A stretch of 64,000 nucleotides of DNA from an uncultured Planctomycetia bacterium (lineage in GTDB: Bacteria > Omnitrophota > Gorgyraeia > 1-14-0-20-64-10), in the NCBI GenBank assembly GCA_964597545.1, contig CAZQXN010000005.1, positions 12,647-76,646 of the forward strand, given 5' to 3'. How positions within the stretch are numbered: position 1 is the stretch's first letter; every line of letters starts with the position of its first letter. This document shows positions 26,937 through 36,422 of the stretch, one piece after another. The notes beneath the pieces are model-generated. The model was not told the origin of the DNA. It did no database searches and worked only from the letters and a program-made list of their open reading frames with translations. Made by a program: the position numbers and the translations under genes.

Positions 26937-27737
26937 TTAAACCTTTTCCTCCTGACGAACCCCTTGGATCAAACTGCGCATCCGCTCCCCCCACTTCCAA
27001 AGCAGGAACACATCTGAGGCCAAAACCACAAAGGTGTACCCGCCCTCAAGGGCGGCTTGAACATTTTGGGCATTGGGATCAACGATCTGTGTCCCGCAGG
27101 CCTTACCTGCCCTGCGGCAGGCCTGAGCAACTTGCGCACAAGCCTGGGTCACCTTGGGATGATTCAGCTGACCCGGCACCCCCACCGAGCCGGAGATGTC
27201 ATAGGGTCCCGCCATCAGACCGTCGACCTCCGGAAGATCCAACAGGGATTCCGCAGCCTCAACTCCGGCCAGGGATTCAATCTGCAAGATCAGGACTGAG
27301 CGCTCGTTCCAACGCTCTACATAGGCATCAAAATCAAAACCATAGGTATGCGCTCGAGCCACCCCGAAGGAGCGCTTCCCTGCAGGCGGATATTTGCACC
27401 AATCGATGAGCTGCTTGGCTTCGCTGACCGTGGAGACATTGGGGGCAATGATCCCGTCGGCCCCGCTGTCGAGTAGACGCCTGACCATCTCTCCATTGTG
27501 GGAGGCAATGCGGGGAAGACACGGCAAACCACCCGCCTGGGAGGCAGAGATGATGGCCTGTGCCTGCTCCATGGAGATGGTGCTGTGCTCCAAATCGATG
27601 CCGATCCAGTCGACCCCGGAGCGGACAAATGCCTCCGTAATGGATGCGTGCCCCAGGGAAGTCCAACCGCCAAAAAGGGGTTCACGGCTTCTGAACCGCT
27701 TGCCGATGCCTTGATCCTGCTCTATGCCGCTCTTCAT
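26937..27737 (-). CDS. HpcH/HpaI-family class II (2-keto-acid/pyruvate) aldolase
   Basis: 266 aa. GGW..LGHASITEAFVRSGVDWIGIDLEH.. pattern typical of the HpcH/HpaI/GarL/YfaU fold. Confidence 0.75.
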   Translation of the reverse strand: MKSGIEQDQGIGKRFRSREPLFGGWTSLGHASITEAFVRSGVDWIGIDLEHSTISMEQAQAIISASQAGGLPCLPRIASHNGEMVRRLLDSGADGIIAPNVSTVSEAKQLIDWCKYPPAGKRSFGVARAHTYGFDFDAYVERWNERSVLILQIESLAGVEAAESLLDLPEVDGLMAGPYDISGSVGVPGQLNHPKVTQACAQVAQACRRAGKACGTQIVDPNAQNVQAALEGGYTFVVLASDVFLLWKWGERMRSLIQGVRQEEKV

Positions 27738-28897
27738 CTTGCACCCTCCTCACGTAGAAATTGAAGGAGCTCTCCCGCAGACCGCTCCATGCTAAAACGG
27801 TGTGCGGCTTTGGGTCCGTTGGTCCGGAGGCGTTCGCGCAAACCAACATCCTCCACCATCCGCACAATCTGGCGGTGCAGAGAATCGGCGCAGCCGGGCT
27901 CGGCCAACAGGCAGTTCTCTCCGTCTGCCGCATATTCCTTCACCCCCTCTACAGCCGTCGTCACCAGTGCCGCACCCGATGCCATGGCCTGTAGAGGCGG
28001 AGCCGGGAATCCATCGTACCGGCTGGGATAAACAAAGATATCGCTCTCCCGAAGCGCATCGGCATACGCGGCGCCATGCAGGTAGCCAAGGTTTTGATCG
28101 AACACCTTGGCCTGCTCCGGGGTGACCCTTCCAACGGAGCGGAGGGTCAGCTGATCACGCACCTGCTTCAAACGACGAAGCGCCTCCACTCCGATCTCCC
28201 TGCCCTTTTGAACGTTGGGATCGCAGTAAAGGGTCACAACCAAGGTCAGGCGATCTGCCTGGTGGGTCGGCGGCCGAAAAAGTGCTAGGTCGACCCCTCC
28301 GGGAATCATCCTGCGAATTGGAATTCCCAGGCGCTCACAGGCCTCCTGCGCCTCAGCGCTTGTGGTAAGCCGAGGGGCGGTAAAGGTGCGCTCCATCTCA
28401 ACCCAATGCTCGAACCAAGCCGCCGCCGCGGGATTGGGGGAGCGCATGGCGCGCTCGAGGTTGACGTGAATCACTGAAACCATCTTGCGCGGGGAGTCGC
28501 CCATCGACTTGAGAAGATGCGGCATCAGGTAAGGAGGATGAACCACAGTAACGCTGTTCTCCTTCCAGCGCTTCGCAGAAGGGACCAGCCCATAACAGCG
28601 GGCTTTCACCCGAGCATCAACCGCATGGTACCGCAATCCGCTCCAGCGCCTCCGAAAGAGCATCTCAAATGGCAGCGCCAACACCAGCTTTGCCCCCCAG
28701 AACCATTTGCGCCATCCCCTGCGTTGGCTTAAAACAAAACGCTTAAAATCCCACCAGTCCACCGCCGGAAAAAGAACAGTCGTGGGCACCCCTTGTCGAA
28801 CAAAAATGTTGGCGGTGTCCGCAGCAATCCGGGTGACAGAGCCGCGGCGATTATGCGAGAGGAGCATCTGCACCGAGAACTGACCGTTTCCCTTCAC
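27734..28897 (-). CDS. GT4-family (GT-B) glycosyltransferase
   Basis: C-terminal DIFVYPSRYDGFPAPPLQAMASGAALVTT with the E-x7-E-like motif. Confidence 0.8.
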   Translation of the reverse strand: MKGNGQFSVQMLLSHNRRGSVTRIAADTANIFVRQGVPTTVLFPAVDWWDFKRFVLSQRRGWRKWFWGAKLVLALPFEMLFRRRWSGLRYHAVDARVKARCYGLVPSAKRWKENSVTVVHPPYLMPHLLKSMGDSPRKMVSVIHVNLERAMRSPNPAAAAWFEHWVEMERTFTAPRLTTSAEAQEACERLGIPIRRMIPGGVDLALFRPPTHQADRLTLVVTLYCDPNVQKGREIGVEALRRLKQVRDQLTLRSVGRVTPEQAKVFDQNLGYLHGAAYADALRESDIFVYPSRYDGFPAPPLQAMASGAALVTTAVEGVKEYAADGENCLLAEPGCADSLHRQIVRMVEDVGLRERLRTNGPKAAHRFSMERSAGELLQFLREEGAR

Positions 28898-28899
28898 CC

Positions 28900-29769
28900 C
28901 TACACCTTCCCCCTGAGGCGCCGCACAACGTTTGCAAGCCCTCCTCGCCAGCGAGAGGAAAAGACCATATCCCGCCGGTCTTCGATCCGAACCGAACCGG
29001 GCTGCTTCCCCCGCAGGGAGACTCCAACGGCAGTTTCAGCCGTTCCGGTTTCCGGAAGGTAACATTCCCGCGGCAGATAGCGATTTTCTCGGCCGCCCAA
29101 CACCATGTGGTTCCGGTAGATCTGGATCTGGGCCTTGGGCCGTTGGCCTCGAATGCGCTCAATCAACTCCTCAAGATTCAGCACAAGATACGGCATCCAA
29201 CCATCGTAGTGATACTGGCAGGAACGCTCTGGGTCCAGCTCTGTTTTTCCGCTGTCCCGAGTTCGCGTCCTTAGGATCAGGGTTTCCTCGGCCGAGCGCA
29301 GCAGCCCAACCAAGAAACCCCATGGGTCTACTTGATGATGCATGACATCCTTCGAATAGACGATTTTCCAACCCAGCCCCTTTCCCCACGCAGTGAGATT
29401 CTCCTGCAGGGTCTTGGCCGGGTCCCCCAGGCAAAACTGGGCCTGGGGATATTTGCTCCTTGCCCGATCCAAAGCAACCGGGGAGATGTCCACTCCAGCG
29501 TAGGTGAGGCTGGGGTAGCGGTACTTGAGGTAACGGTAAAACTCTCCCGTAGCACACCCCATCTCCAGGAGCTTACCCTCTGTGCCGCTGGGATACCACT
29601 CCCGAAGTAGGCTGACATCGTTGAATGACTCGTAATTTTTCAGCAGGTCCGAGACGCCCAAGGAGGAGCGGCGATCAAAGCTGCGAGCATGCTTCTGATG
29701 GCTCCAGTCGGAGAACCACTTGGAAGGAGCACCTGCCGCATGCGCTTGTGTTTCGACCTCACCGCTCAT
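28900..29769 (-). CDS. class I SAM-dependent methyltransferase
   Basis: LLEMGCATGEFYRYL SAM-binding motif I. Confidence 0.7.
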   Translation of the reverse strand: MSGEVETQAHAAGAPSKWFSDWSHQKHARSFDRRSSLGVSDLLKNYESFNDVSLLREWYPSGTEGKLLEMGCATGEFYRYLKYRYPSLTYAGVDISPVALDRARSKYPQAQFCLGDPAKTLQENLTAWGKGLGWKIVYSKDVMHHQVDPWGFLVGLLRSAEETLILRTRTRDSGKTELDPERSCQYHYDGWMPYLVLNLEELIERIRGQRPKAQIQIYRNHMVLGGRENRYLPRECYLPETGTAETAVGVSLRGKQPGSVRIEDRRDMVFSSRWRGGLANVVRRLRGKV

Positions 29770-30503
29770 CTGGATTCAAGGTTCGCAGGTTGCGTTCTCC
29801 GGTTCGAGGCGGTCAGCTTCTCGGCATCCCTGAGAAACATCCCAACGGTCTCTTTGCTGTAAGGATGAACCAACATCCCCTCCAAGAGTTTTGGAACCGC
29901 TGTCACGATGTCTGCCCCTGCCTCAAACCACTGGATGATGTTCAGCACCTCGCGGGTAGACCCCACGATGATTTTGGCGGAAGAACCAAATGCGTCCAGA
30001 AGCCCGCGCAGGCGGCGGATCTCAGCCGCGGAATCGTATCCCATGTTGTTCACCCGTCCCCCGAAGATCGAGACATAGGTCGCCCCCGCCATGGCCGCAA
30101 GCAGGCACTGCTGTGCCGACATCATGGCTGTGACATTGACTCGAATGTCCTCTTCGGCTTCAAGGCGGTGAACCAGCTCCAGATTTTCCGTTCCTCCCTC
30201 TGGGCCGTGGATCGGGATCTTGACGTTGATGTTCTTTGCCCACCCTGAAAAGGTCCGGGCCTCATTGAGCATCTGGTCCGATTCGTTGGTGGTCACCTCA
30301 ACGGAAACCGGCATAGGATCGATTCGGCGGGCAATCTCTCTGATGTGCCGCTCAATCCCTTCCCAACCCCCCTGCACACCATCCTTGACGAGGATCGTGG
30401 GGTTGGTGGTGACTCCGCGGATGATCCCGAGGTGATGGTACCTGTCGATTTCATCCAGCTTGCCTGTATCCAAAAAAATCCCAGTTAAATGTATGCCATT
30501 CAT
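29766..30503 (-). CDS. transaldolase-family protein (fructose-6-phosphate aldolase/TalC-like, short form)
   Basis: 245 aa. GVTTNPTIL motif and overall FSA-like length. Confidence 0.75.
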   Translation of the reverse strand: MNGIHLTGIFLDTGKLDEIDRYHHLGIIRGVTTNPTILVKDGVQGGWEGIERHIREIARRIDPMPVSVEVTTNESDQMLNEARTFSGWAKNINVKIPIHGPEGGTENLELVHRLEAEEDIRVNVTAMMSAQQCLLAAMAGATYVSIFGGRVNNMGYDSAAEIRRLRGLLDAFGSSAKIIVGSTREVLNIIQWFEAGADIVTAVPKLLEGMLVHPYSKETVGMFLRDAEKLTASNRRTQPANLESR

Positions 30504-31126
30504 TCTTTTTGAGCTCCTTCAAAGACTGCGGTCGATTCCCACTTGTTCCCCTGAACCATCAGCCGCGGATCACACACCAAACCATGCCAGACCACAGCCT
30601 GAAAGGCCTCTGTGTGCGGCGTTGTGTTGTTGGGGTTGACGGTAGGAACCACCAAGACATGGGTTCCCTCATGTTTGGCAGCGCCCCCATCCCTGCCGAC
30701 AATTCCCAGAATGTCCATCTCCCGGGTGCGTGCCTCGTCGATGGCAGCGACAAGATTGGTGCTGATGTTGCGTTGGCGAGAGCCCCCTCCAACCGAAAGG
30801 ACAAAAAGGGCATCCCGGCTGCCTGCGCGGCTGGTCTTGAGCCACTCGGAAAAGACCGTTTCCCACCCCTCATCGTTGGTTCGGGCAGTCAGCTCTGCCA
30901 CGTTGTCGGCCGGGGTATAGGCTTCAATTCCGGCGAGCTTGCGAAAATCGCAGACTGCATGAGAACAGTTCCCTGCCGAACCCCCAACACCAACCAGAAA
31001 GAGCCGCCCCCCTTCCTGGCGAAGGCGAACGAGCCGTTCTACGATGCGGTCGGCGGCCTCACGATCCAACTGCTGCGCCACCTGACCGACCTCTTCAAAA
31101 TATTGATCTAAGAATGCCTTGCTCAT
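30500..31126 (-). CDS. SIS-domain sugar-phosphate isomerase, GmhA-like (sedoheptulose-7-phosphate isomerase family)
   Basis: 208 aa. GRLFLVGVGGSAGNCSHAVCDF and LSVGGGSRQ...ILGIVGRDGG colinear with GmhA. Confidence 0.75.
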   Translation of the reverse strand: MSKAFLDQYFEEVGQVAQQLDREAADRIVERLVRLRQEGGRLFLVGVGGSAGNCSHAVCDFRKLAGIEAYTPADNVAELTARTNDEGWETVFSEWLKTSRAGSRDALFVLSVGGGSRQRNISTNLVAAIDEARTREMDILGIVGRDGGAAKHEGTHVLVVPTVNPNNTTPHTEAFQAVVWHGLVCDPRLMVQGNKWESTAVFEGAQKE

Positions 31127-31145
31127 CTTCTTTTATCTTTACCTC

Positions 31146-32840
31146 CTAACCTGATGGAACTTCATCCATAGACACGAGGGACCTCTGACGCTGCAAATCG
31201 TTGTCCACCCGTCTGGCATCTTCCAAGGAGTGAATCTCAGACCAACCCTGCCCAATCTCCATCCCCGCCACCGGGAAGCCGTCCTCCAGCAGATACTGAA
31301 GAAGATCGGTCAAGTCGGCCTGGACAACAGACTCGGCCTCATAGAAGGGTTTCCCGGCAAAGTCATGCTGGACGCGGTCCCAAGCCGCCACCAGCGCCCG
31401 AGTCCCCCCTGAGCGCAAAAAGGCCAAACCGATGAACTCATGTGAAGCCCGGCTGGAATCGATCTTCTGACCGATAGCGGAAATCGGTCTAAAGGGATTC
31501 CAGCGGAGATTGCGCGAAGGGGCGGTAAGCTGCGGCTGAGCCACCACCAAATCCAACGCCTTGGCTCGAGGGGGCAAGTCGCCGAAGGCTCGATCTATCA
31601 CCAAGGTAATGGGGTGCGGGCTCGCTAAGAGCTGCTCTAAGATCTTCTGATCAAAGAGGATGTCGGAGTAGGCGATCAACGCTTCACCCTTGAGGTTATC
31701 TCGAGCCACCAGGATCGATTGGGCGCATCGCCCCGCAGGATAGTCAGGGTTGTGCAAGAGCTGGCAACCGGGCGCCTTGATCTTATCGTGCTGGTATCCA
31801 CCCACCACCGCTATCCGCTCCACACCGCAGGAACGAATGAGATCGGTCTGGCGCTCCAAAACGGTTTTACCTCCCAGCTCCAACATGCAGAGGGGCTTAT
31901 CCTGGAGCAGTTCCTTTAAATCCGATTGAAAACGATGGTCGCGGGCAGCAGGAATCACCGCCTGGATCTTCCTGTGTTTCGAGAATCGTTTCTCCTCCTC
32001 TTTGAGGGCGGGCAACCCTTGAATCTCAAAAACCTCCCGGAGGGTGGAGATCTGATCCTCGATCACAGCGGTAGAGCCGGTCTGGTCGATGCGCTGCAAA
32101 ACTTCCTCCATGGCGCGGATCGAAGCCCTCAGGCCATGGTTGGCATAGATCACCATCCGGAAGCCGTGATCCGCCAGCTCCTGTGCGGTCACCCCGCCAT
32201 AGGTGGTCGGAATGGCCACCAACGGCACCTTCCCCTTGAATGCCCGCGCAAAGGAAAAGATTTCATCCGCAGTGGGAGCTTTTGAATGGATGACGATGCC
32301 GTCTGCCCCGGCCGCCTCGTAGGCGTGGGCGCGTCGAAGCGCCTCAGCCATCCCCTGCCCCGCAATGAGCGCCTCCACCCGGGCAAAAACCATGAAGCCA
32401 GGATCACTCTGGGCGTTCTTTGCCGCCTCGATCTTACCGGCAAACTCCTCAACGGGGGAGAGCTCCTGTCGGGCAGCAATCAGGGAATTTGTTTTAGGAA
32501 AACGCTTATCCTCAATCACCACTGCAGCCAGCCCCGCTGCCTCGAAGCGCTTGACCATGTGCATGACCTGGGTGGCATTCCCGTAGCCGGTGTCGCAATC
32601 GCAGACAACCGGCAGGCAGGAGGCCTCATTGATGTTTCTGGCCGCCTCCAAGTTCTCGGTCATGGTGAGAATATTGGCGTCCGGCAGGGCATGCGCCGTT
32701 GAAATCTCAAGACCGCTTGCCCAGATTCCATCAAAGGAGTGACGCCCAATGAGCTTCGCCCCTAAGCCGTTGTGGGCTCCCACAATTCTTAAGATCTGTT
32801 TCTCTTCAAAGAGGGCCCTCAAGTGCGCTGCTTTGCTCAT
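31146..32840 (-). CDS. bifunctional phosphoenolpyruvate phosphomutase / nucleotidyltransferase (LicC/PntC-like cytidylyltransferase) fusion
   Basis: N-terminal PEP mutase/isocitrate lyase fold with the PepM-diagnostic EDKRFPKTNS (EDKX5NS) and CDCDTGYG. C-terminal AVIPAARDHRF...KPLCMLELGGKTVLERQ NTP_transferase domain. Confidence 0.8.
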   Translation of the reverse strand: MSKAAHLRALFEEKQILRIVGAHNGLGAKLIGRHSFDGIWASGLEISTAHALPDANILTMTENLEAARNINEASCLPVVCDCDTGYGNATQVMHMVKRFEAAGLAAVVIEDKRFPKTNSLIAARQELSPVEEFAGKIEAAKNAQSDPGFMVFARVEALIAGQGMAEALRRAHAYEAAGADGIVIHSKAPTADEIFSFARAFKGKVPLVAIPTTYGGVTAQELADHGFRMVIYANHGLRASIRAMEEVLQRIDQTGSTAVIEDQISTLREVFEIQGLPALKEEEKRFSKHRKIQAVIPAARDHRFQSDLKELLQDKPLCMLELGGKTVLERQTDLIRSCGVERIAVVGGYQHDKIKAPGCQLLHNPDYPAGRCAQSILVARDNLKGEALIAYSDILFDQKILEQLLASPHPITLVIDRAFGDLPPRAKALDLVVAQPQLTAPSRNLRWNPFRPISAIGQKIDSSRASHEFIGLAFLRSGGTRALVAAWDRVQHDFAGKPFYEAESVVQADLTDLLQYLLEDGFPVAGMEIGQGWSEIHSLEDARRVDNDLQRQRSLVSMDEVPSG

Positions 32841-33802
32841 GGGATTTTCCTCGCGACGAATCGTGCAAACGAGCTTAACCCCCGCCTTTGAAGGAACCCT
32901 TGGAACTCCTGGCGCGTGGCATCATCGGCTTCAATCAACTGCCGGTCAAAACCGGACAGCGCCAGGGCAGGATCCTGCAAGCGGTGGGCACGGACGATCT
33001 CCAAATCCAATACCCCGGGAGTGGAAACCTCCAGTAGGTCAAACCCGGCCCCTTCCAATAAAACCTCCAATCCCTTACGGGTAAAGCAGTTGGTTCGATC
33101 TGGGGGACAGAGATAAAGGTTCTTTGCCCCCAACACCGCCATGTCATACCCGGAAAAAACCAAGGCCGTTACAAAGAGCAATCCCTTCTCGCTTAAATGC
33201 GAGCGAACCCTGCTCAGCAGAGAGGTCGGATCATCAACGCGGTCGAGAGATTCCGGCAGAATTGCCGCTTCAAAAGATCCTGCTTCGGGGCCCCACCCAT
33301 GGGCCAAGGCCATCTCGTCGGCCAAAGAAACAGCGCTCAAGGATGAACTGGCCTGAAGCAAGGTGTTCAGCTCGCTGGGTGGACTGTTGACCTCCAGAAG
33401 GCGCGCACTTAAGGTCCCCTGCAGACGAAGCGCCTCCTCGATCCATTCAAGCTTCGGGTGGTGAACATGGTCAACTCTGGAATCGGCCAGCGCCTGATGA
33501 AAACCGTCGGGCGAATGACGCAAACGGCTCGCCTCAGCCAGCACCCCTGCCCAAACTTTCGGCTCGGGGATTTCCACGAGAAAGACCGAACCGCTCATGG
33601 GACAGCGAGCATAATCCAAGCCGCCAATACGGCCATAGGGCAAGAGCCGCTCGCCGGATACCGGAGAGACTTGGCGTCGGCGGGCGCCGGAACGCAGAGC
33701 CTGTCCGGCAATCTCCAGGCAGCGTTGCCGGTACTGCTGCAGTCGCTCCAAGGGTTTGACCGCACCCAGAGGGAACCGGACCTCGGTCTGGATCGTTCTC
33801 AC
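32837..33802 (-). CDS. hypothetical protein, probable class I methyltransferase fold
   Basis: 321 aa. Weak MT-like C-terminal half (LLFVTALVFSGYDMAVLG). No confident motif. Confidence 0.35.
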   Translation of the reverse strand: MRTIQTEVRFPLGAVKPLERLQQYRQRCLEIAGQALRSGARRRQVSPVSGERLLPYGRIGGLDYARCPMSGSVFLVEIPEPKVWAGVLAEASRLRHSPDGFHQALADSRVDHVHHPKLEWIEEALRLQGTLSARLLEVNSPPSELNTLLQASSSLSAVSLADEMALAHGWGPEAGSFEAAILPESLDRVDDPTSLLSRVRSHLSEKGLLFVTALVFSGYDMAVLGAKNLYLCPPDRTNCFTRKGLEVLLEGAGFDLLEVSTPGVLDLEIVRAHRLQDPALALSGFDRQLIEADDATRQEFQGFLQRRGLSSFARFVARKIP

Positions 33803-34821
33803 CTCGCCCCTCCTTTCAGGGAAGGCTCCCGAGAAAAACTGTAGGCGTCCCGGATGATCTCCATAACTGCCAGCGCCTCTTCAAGCGTTCCATGGGTCGC
33901 CGCACGGTTCTCCTGTGCTGCAGCAATGAACTCATCCACCTCTGCCTTCCAGGAATCATCCCGGTCAAAGGTGATCAACTCCTCTCGGGGATTTCCCAAT
34001 GCCATGGCTTCATCCTCGAACTGACGGCGGCCAATGACCAACTGCTCCCTACCGTAACTCCCAGATTTTGAGAGCAGCCCCTGGGCTACCAGATAACCAT
34101 TCTGGCACCCCATCTGAAGTTCAAAGGTGTGCTTCCAGAGTGTTGCCGAAGAGTGCAAAAAGGCGGGGATACCACCTGCAGAGCGCATCAGCACAAAGGC
34201 ATTGTCCTCCACCCCGCACTTCCAGAAAGAGTCGTTCAAAACCGCCTCTACCACCTTGAGCGGCCCCAGAAAGAGCTGGAAAAGATCCAGCATGTGGATC
34301 CCCTGATCCAGCAAAATCCCCCCTCCAGAAACCACAGCTCTGTTTCGCCAACTCTGCCGGTACTCAACTCCGCCCGACTTGCCGTAACTGCCCTTGACGT
34401 AAAGGATCTCACCCAAACCCCCTTCCCCGACCAGCGCCTGGGCAGCCTGGATAGAGGGGTGCAAGCGGTGGTTGAAGCCAAAGACAAGGGTGCACCGGGA
34501 AACCGAAGATGCAGCCTCTTGGATCTTCTGGAGGTCCTCCCAGTTCCTTCCGGGTGGTTTCTCGCAGAAAACACGGCCGCACCGCCTAAGGGCTTGAGCC
34601 GTCAATTCGGCTGTAACGTCGTTGGGGGTGCATACAAAGACGGCGTCGACCGACTCCCAGGGAATCGGTTCCCCCTGGGCAATGAGCGCACCGGCCAACC
34701 CCGCTTCCGCCGGATCCACCCCAGGATCCACCACCCAGATTCGATCCACCTCGGGATGCGCCTTGAGGATCCGGTAGCGGATCTGGCCCATGTAACCAAA
34801 ACCAAAGATCAAGCAATTCAT
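33799..34821 (-). CDS. Gfo/Idh/MocA-family NAD(P)-dependent oxidoreductase
   Basis: N-terminal Rossmann LIFGFGYMGQ and CEKP motif. Confidence 0.8.
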   Translation of the reverse strand: MNCLIFGFGYMGQIRYRILKAHPEVDRIWVVDPGVDPAEAGLAGALIAQGEPIPWESVDAVFVCTPNDVTAELTAQALRRCGRVFCEKPPGRNWEDLQKIQEAASSVSRCTLVFGFNHRLHPSIQAAQALVGEGGLGEILYVKGSYGKSGGVEYRQSWRNRAVVSGGGILLDQGIHMLDLFQLFLGPLKVVEAVLNDSFWKCGVEDNAFVLMRSAGGIPAFLHSSATLWKHTFELQMGCQNGYLVAQGLLSKSGSYGREQLVIGRRQFEDEAMALGNPREELITFDRDDSWKAEVDEFIAAAQENRAATHGTLEEALAVMEIIRDAYSFSREPSLKGGAR

Positions 34822-36422
34822 CCTACGGCGCCTAAGAATTGTCGCATCGAGTGTTCATTCACTGGAATGGCGTATCTCTCCACATACCCTTTAGCCGCGT
34901 TCCATTCCTGCGCAGCTTCCGAAGTGTTTGCCTTGGCATATTGCCTTAAAAGCGTCTGCAGCGTCCCTACAGATTCGGCCCGTTCCCGCCAACCCTCCAG
35001 TTCAAAGAGGGGGTCTACCTCATCCCAACCCTCCGGCTGAAAGTAGATCACCTTAAGCCCGTTGAGGAGGGCAAACAGGACCGAAGAGGTGCCTCGGTAC
35101 AGGACGACTGAGGCGCGTGAGAAATCCTCCTCGATACTTCTGCTGTCGGAAAGTTCCGCGTTAGGTGCCAGCTCCGCTCCTACCTGAAGCAGGGGACGCA
35201 CCCGGTCAAAGGGAAGGACCGGATGAGACCGAAGGATGAAATGGTGGTCTGTGAGCACTTGAGCCGCCCCCAAGGCAGCGTCAAAGAGAAGCTGCGTCTC
35301 ATCCAGATGCCCCTCCGGAAGAACCAGAACAGTTTTTCTCCGGGAAACCGGTGGGCATGCGGCTGCAGGACAACCGGGTAATTTCCGGAATGTGCCAAAT
35401 GGGAGCCGTGCCGAATGCGGGTGGCTGGCGGCCAGCATCTCGCAAGTTCGGTGACCCACGCACAACACCACCTCCGGCCTCCTGCTGGGCGCGTCCATTA
35501 TTTCGGGGGCGAGCAGAGACCTCTGGTGCGGCAGCAGAATGGTGTGTTGATAACCCACCCTGCGGCATCCCGGATGGACCAATTGAATCCCCCTAAAGAG
35601 GAACCCCTCCCATGCATGACCTTCATAGAGACTTGCAAAGAAGCGGGGGTGCCAAATCCGGGCCGCCTCCCGGCCGATCTCCTCAAACAACGCTACAGGG
35701 ACACTCTGGGGCAAGAGGCAATCTTGGGCGGCCCGGAGGAGTATCTCGCGGCTCAACCTATCTTTTTCACGTTCCCCCCGGCGGCGCAAGCGGCGTGAGG
35801 TCTTCAGTGCCCCCCAGGCAAAGCGGATCGGAGCTCCCAGGGGAATGAGGCACAACTCCGGAAGCTCCGGGGTTGGGGCCTTGGCGCGAACCGCTGGACC
35901 CTGCCAGCTCTTCCCGCTGGGATTCCCAAATAGGAACAGAACCCTTGACCCCTGTTCGCCTAAGCGCTCGCCGAAATCCCCAAAATAGAAATCCCTCGTG
36001 CTTGCGGTGCGATCAGGGTGAAAGCGCCACGATTTGACAATTCCGTCAAAGGGCTGGGCAATCAGCCGGTTGAGCACACGCCGGAAACGGAGCCTCATCT
36101 GCACAAGCCGCAGGGTGAAATATCCCGCATAGAGGAGGCTCAGCAGAGCCCGAAGGAGCCAAGAGAAGTTGCCTCCACCCTTGCGCTCCCAGCCAGATGC
36201 ATCCTGGAGAAGCGCTTTCTGGACCGGATGAATCGGGTGTTTGAGATGCATCCAAGGGATGGCCTCAAGCGCCGGATCCGGCACCTGCCTGCGGAGGCGC
36301 TCCATGGCTTCGTGAAGGCATAGGAACTTCACCGGTGCCGGTTTGCAAGCCGAATCCCGCCGCAGGTTATCCGAGACGTCGACGGGTTTCGGTCCCGAAC
36401 GAACCGGTTCAAGCGTTTTCAT
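34818..36422 (-). CDS. hypothetical protein with KpsC/KpsS-like GT-B C-terminal motif (paralog group with the 10215 and 41226 genes)
   Basis: 534 aa. C-terminal VVLYRGTSSVLFALLNGLKVIYF resembles the donor-binding stretch seen in the other two large proteins. Confidence 0.35.
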   Translation of the reverse strand: MKTLEPVRSGPKPVDVSDNLRRDSACKPAPVKFLCLHEAMERLRRQVPDPALEAIPWMHLKHPIHPVQKALLQDASGWERKGGGNFSWLLRALLSLLYAGYFTLRLVQMRLRFRRVLNRLIAQPFDGIVKSWRFHPDRTASTRDFYFGDFGERLGEQGSRVLFLFGNPSGKSWQGPAVRAKAPTPELPELCLIPLGAPIRFAWGALKTSRRLRRRGEREKDRLSREILLRAAQDCLLPQSVPVALFEEIGREAARIWHPRFFASLYEGHAWEGFLFRGIQLVHPGCRRVGYQHTILLPHQRSLLAPEIMDAPSRRPEVVLCVGHRTCEMLAASHPHSARLPFGTFRKLPGCPAAACPPVSRRKTVLVLPEGHLDETQLLFDAALGAAQVLTDHHFILRSHPVLPFDRVRPLLQVGAELAPNAELSDSRSIEEDFSRASVVLYRGTSSVLFALLNGLKVIYFQPEGWDEVDPLFELEGWRERAESVGTLQTLLRQYAKANTSEAAQEWNAAKGYVERYAIPVNEHSMRQFLGAVG

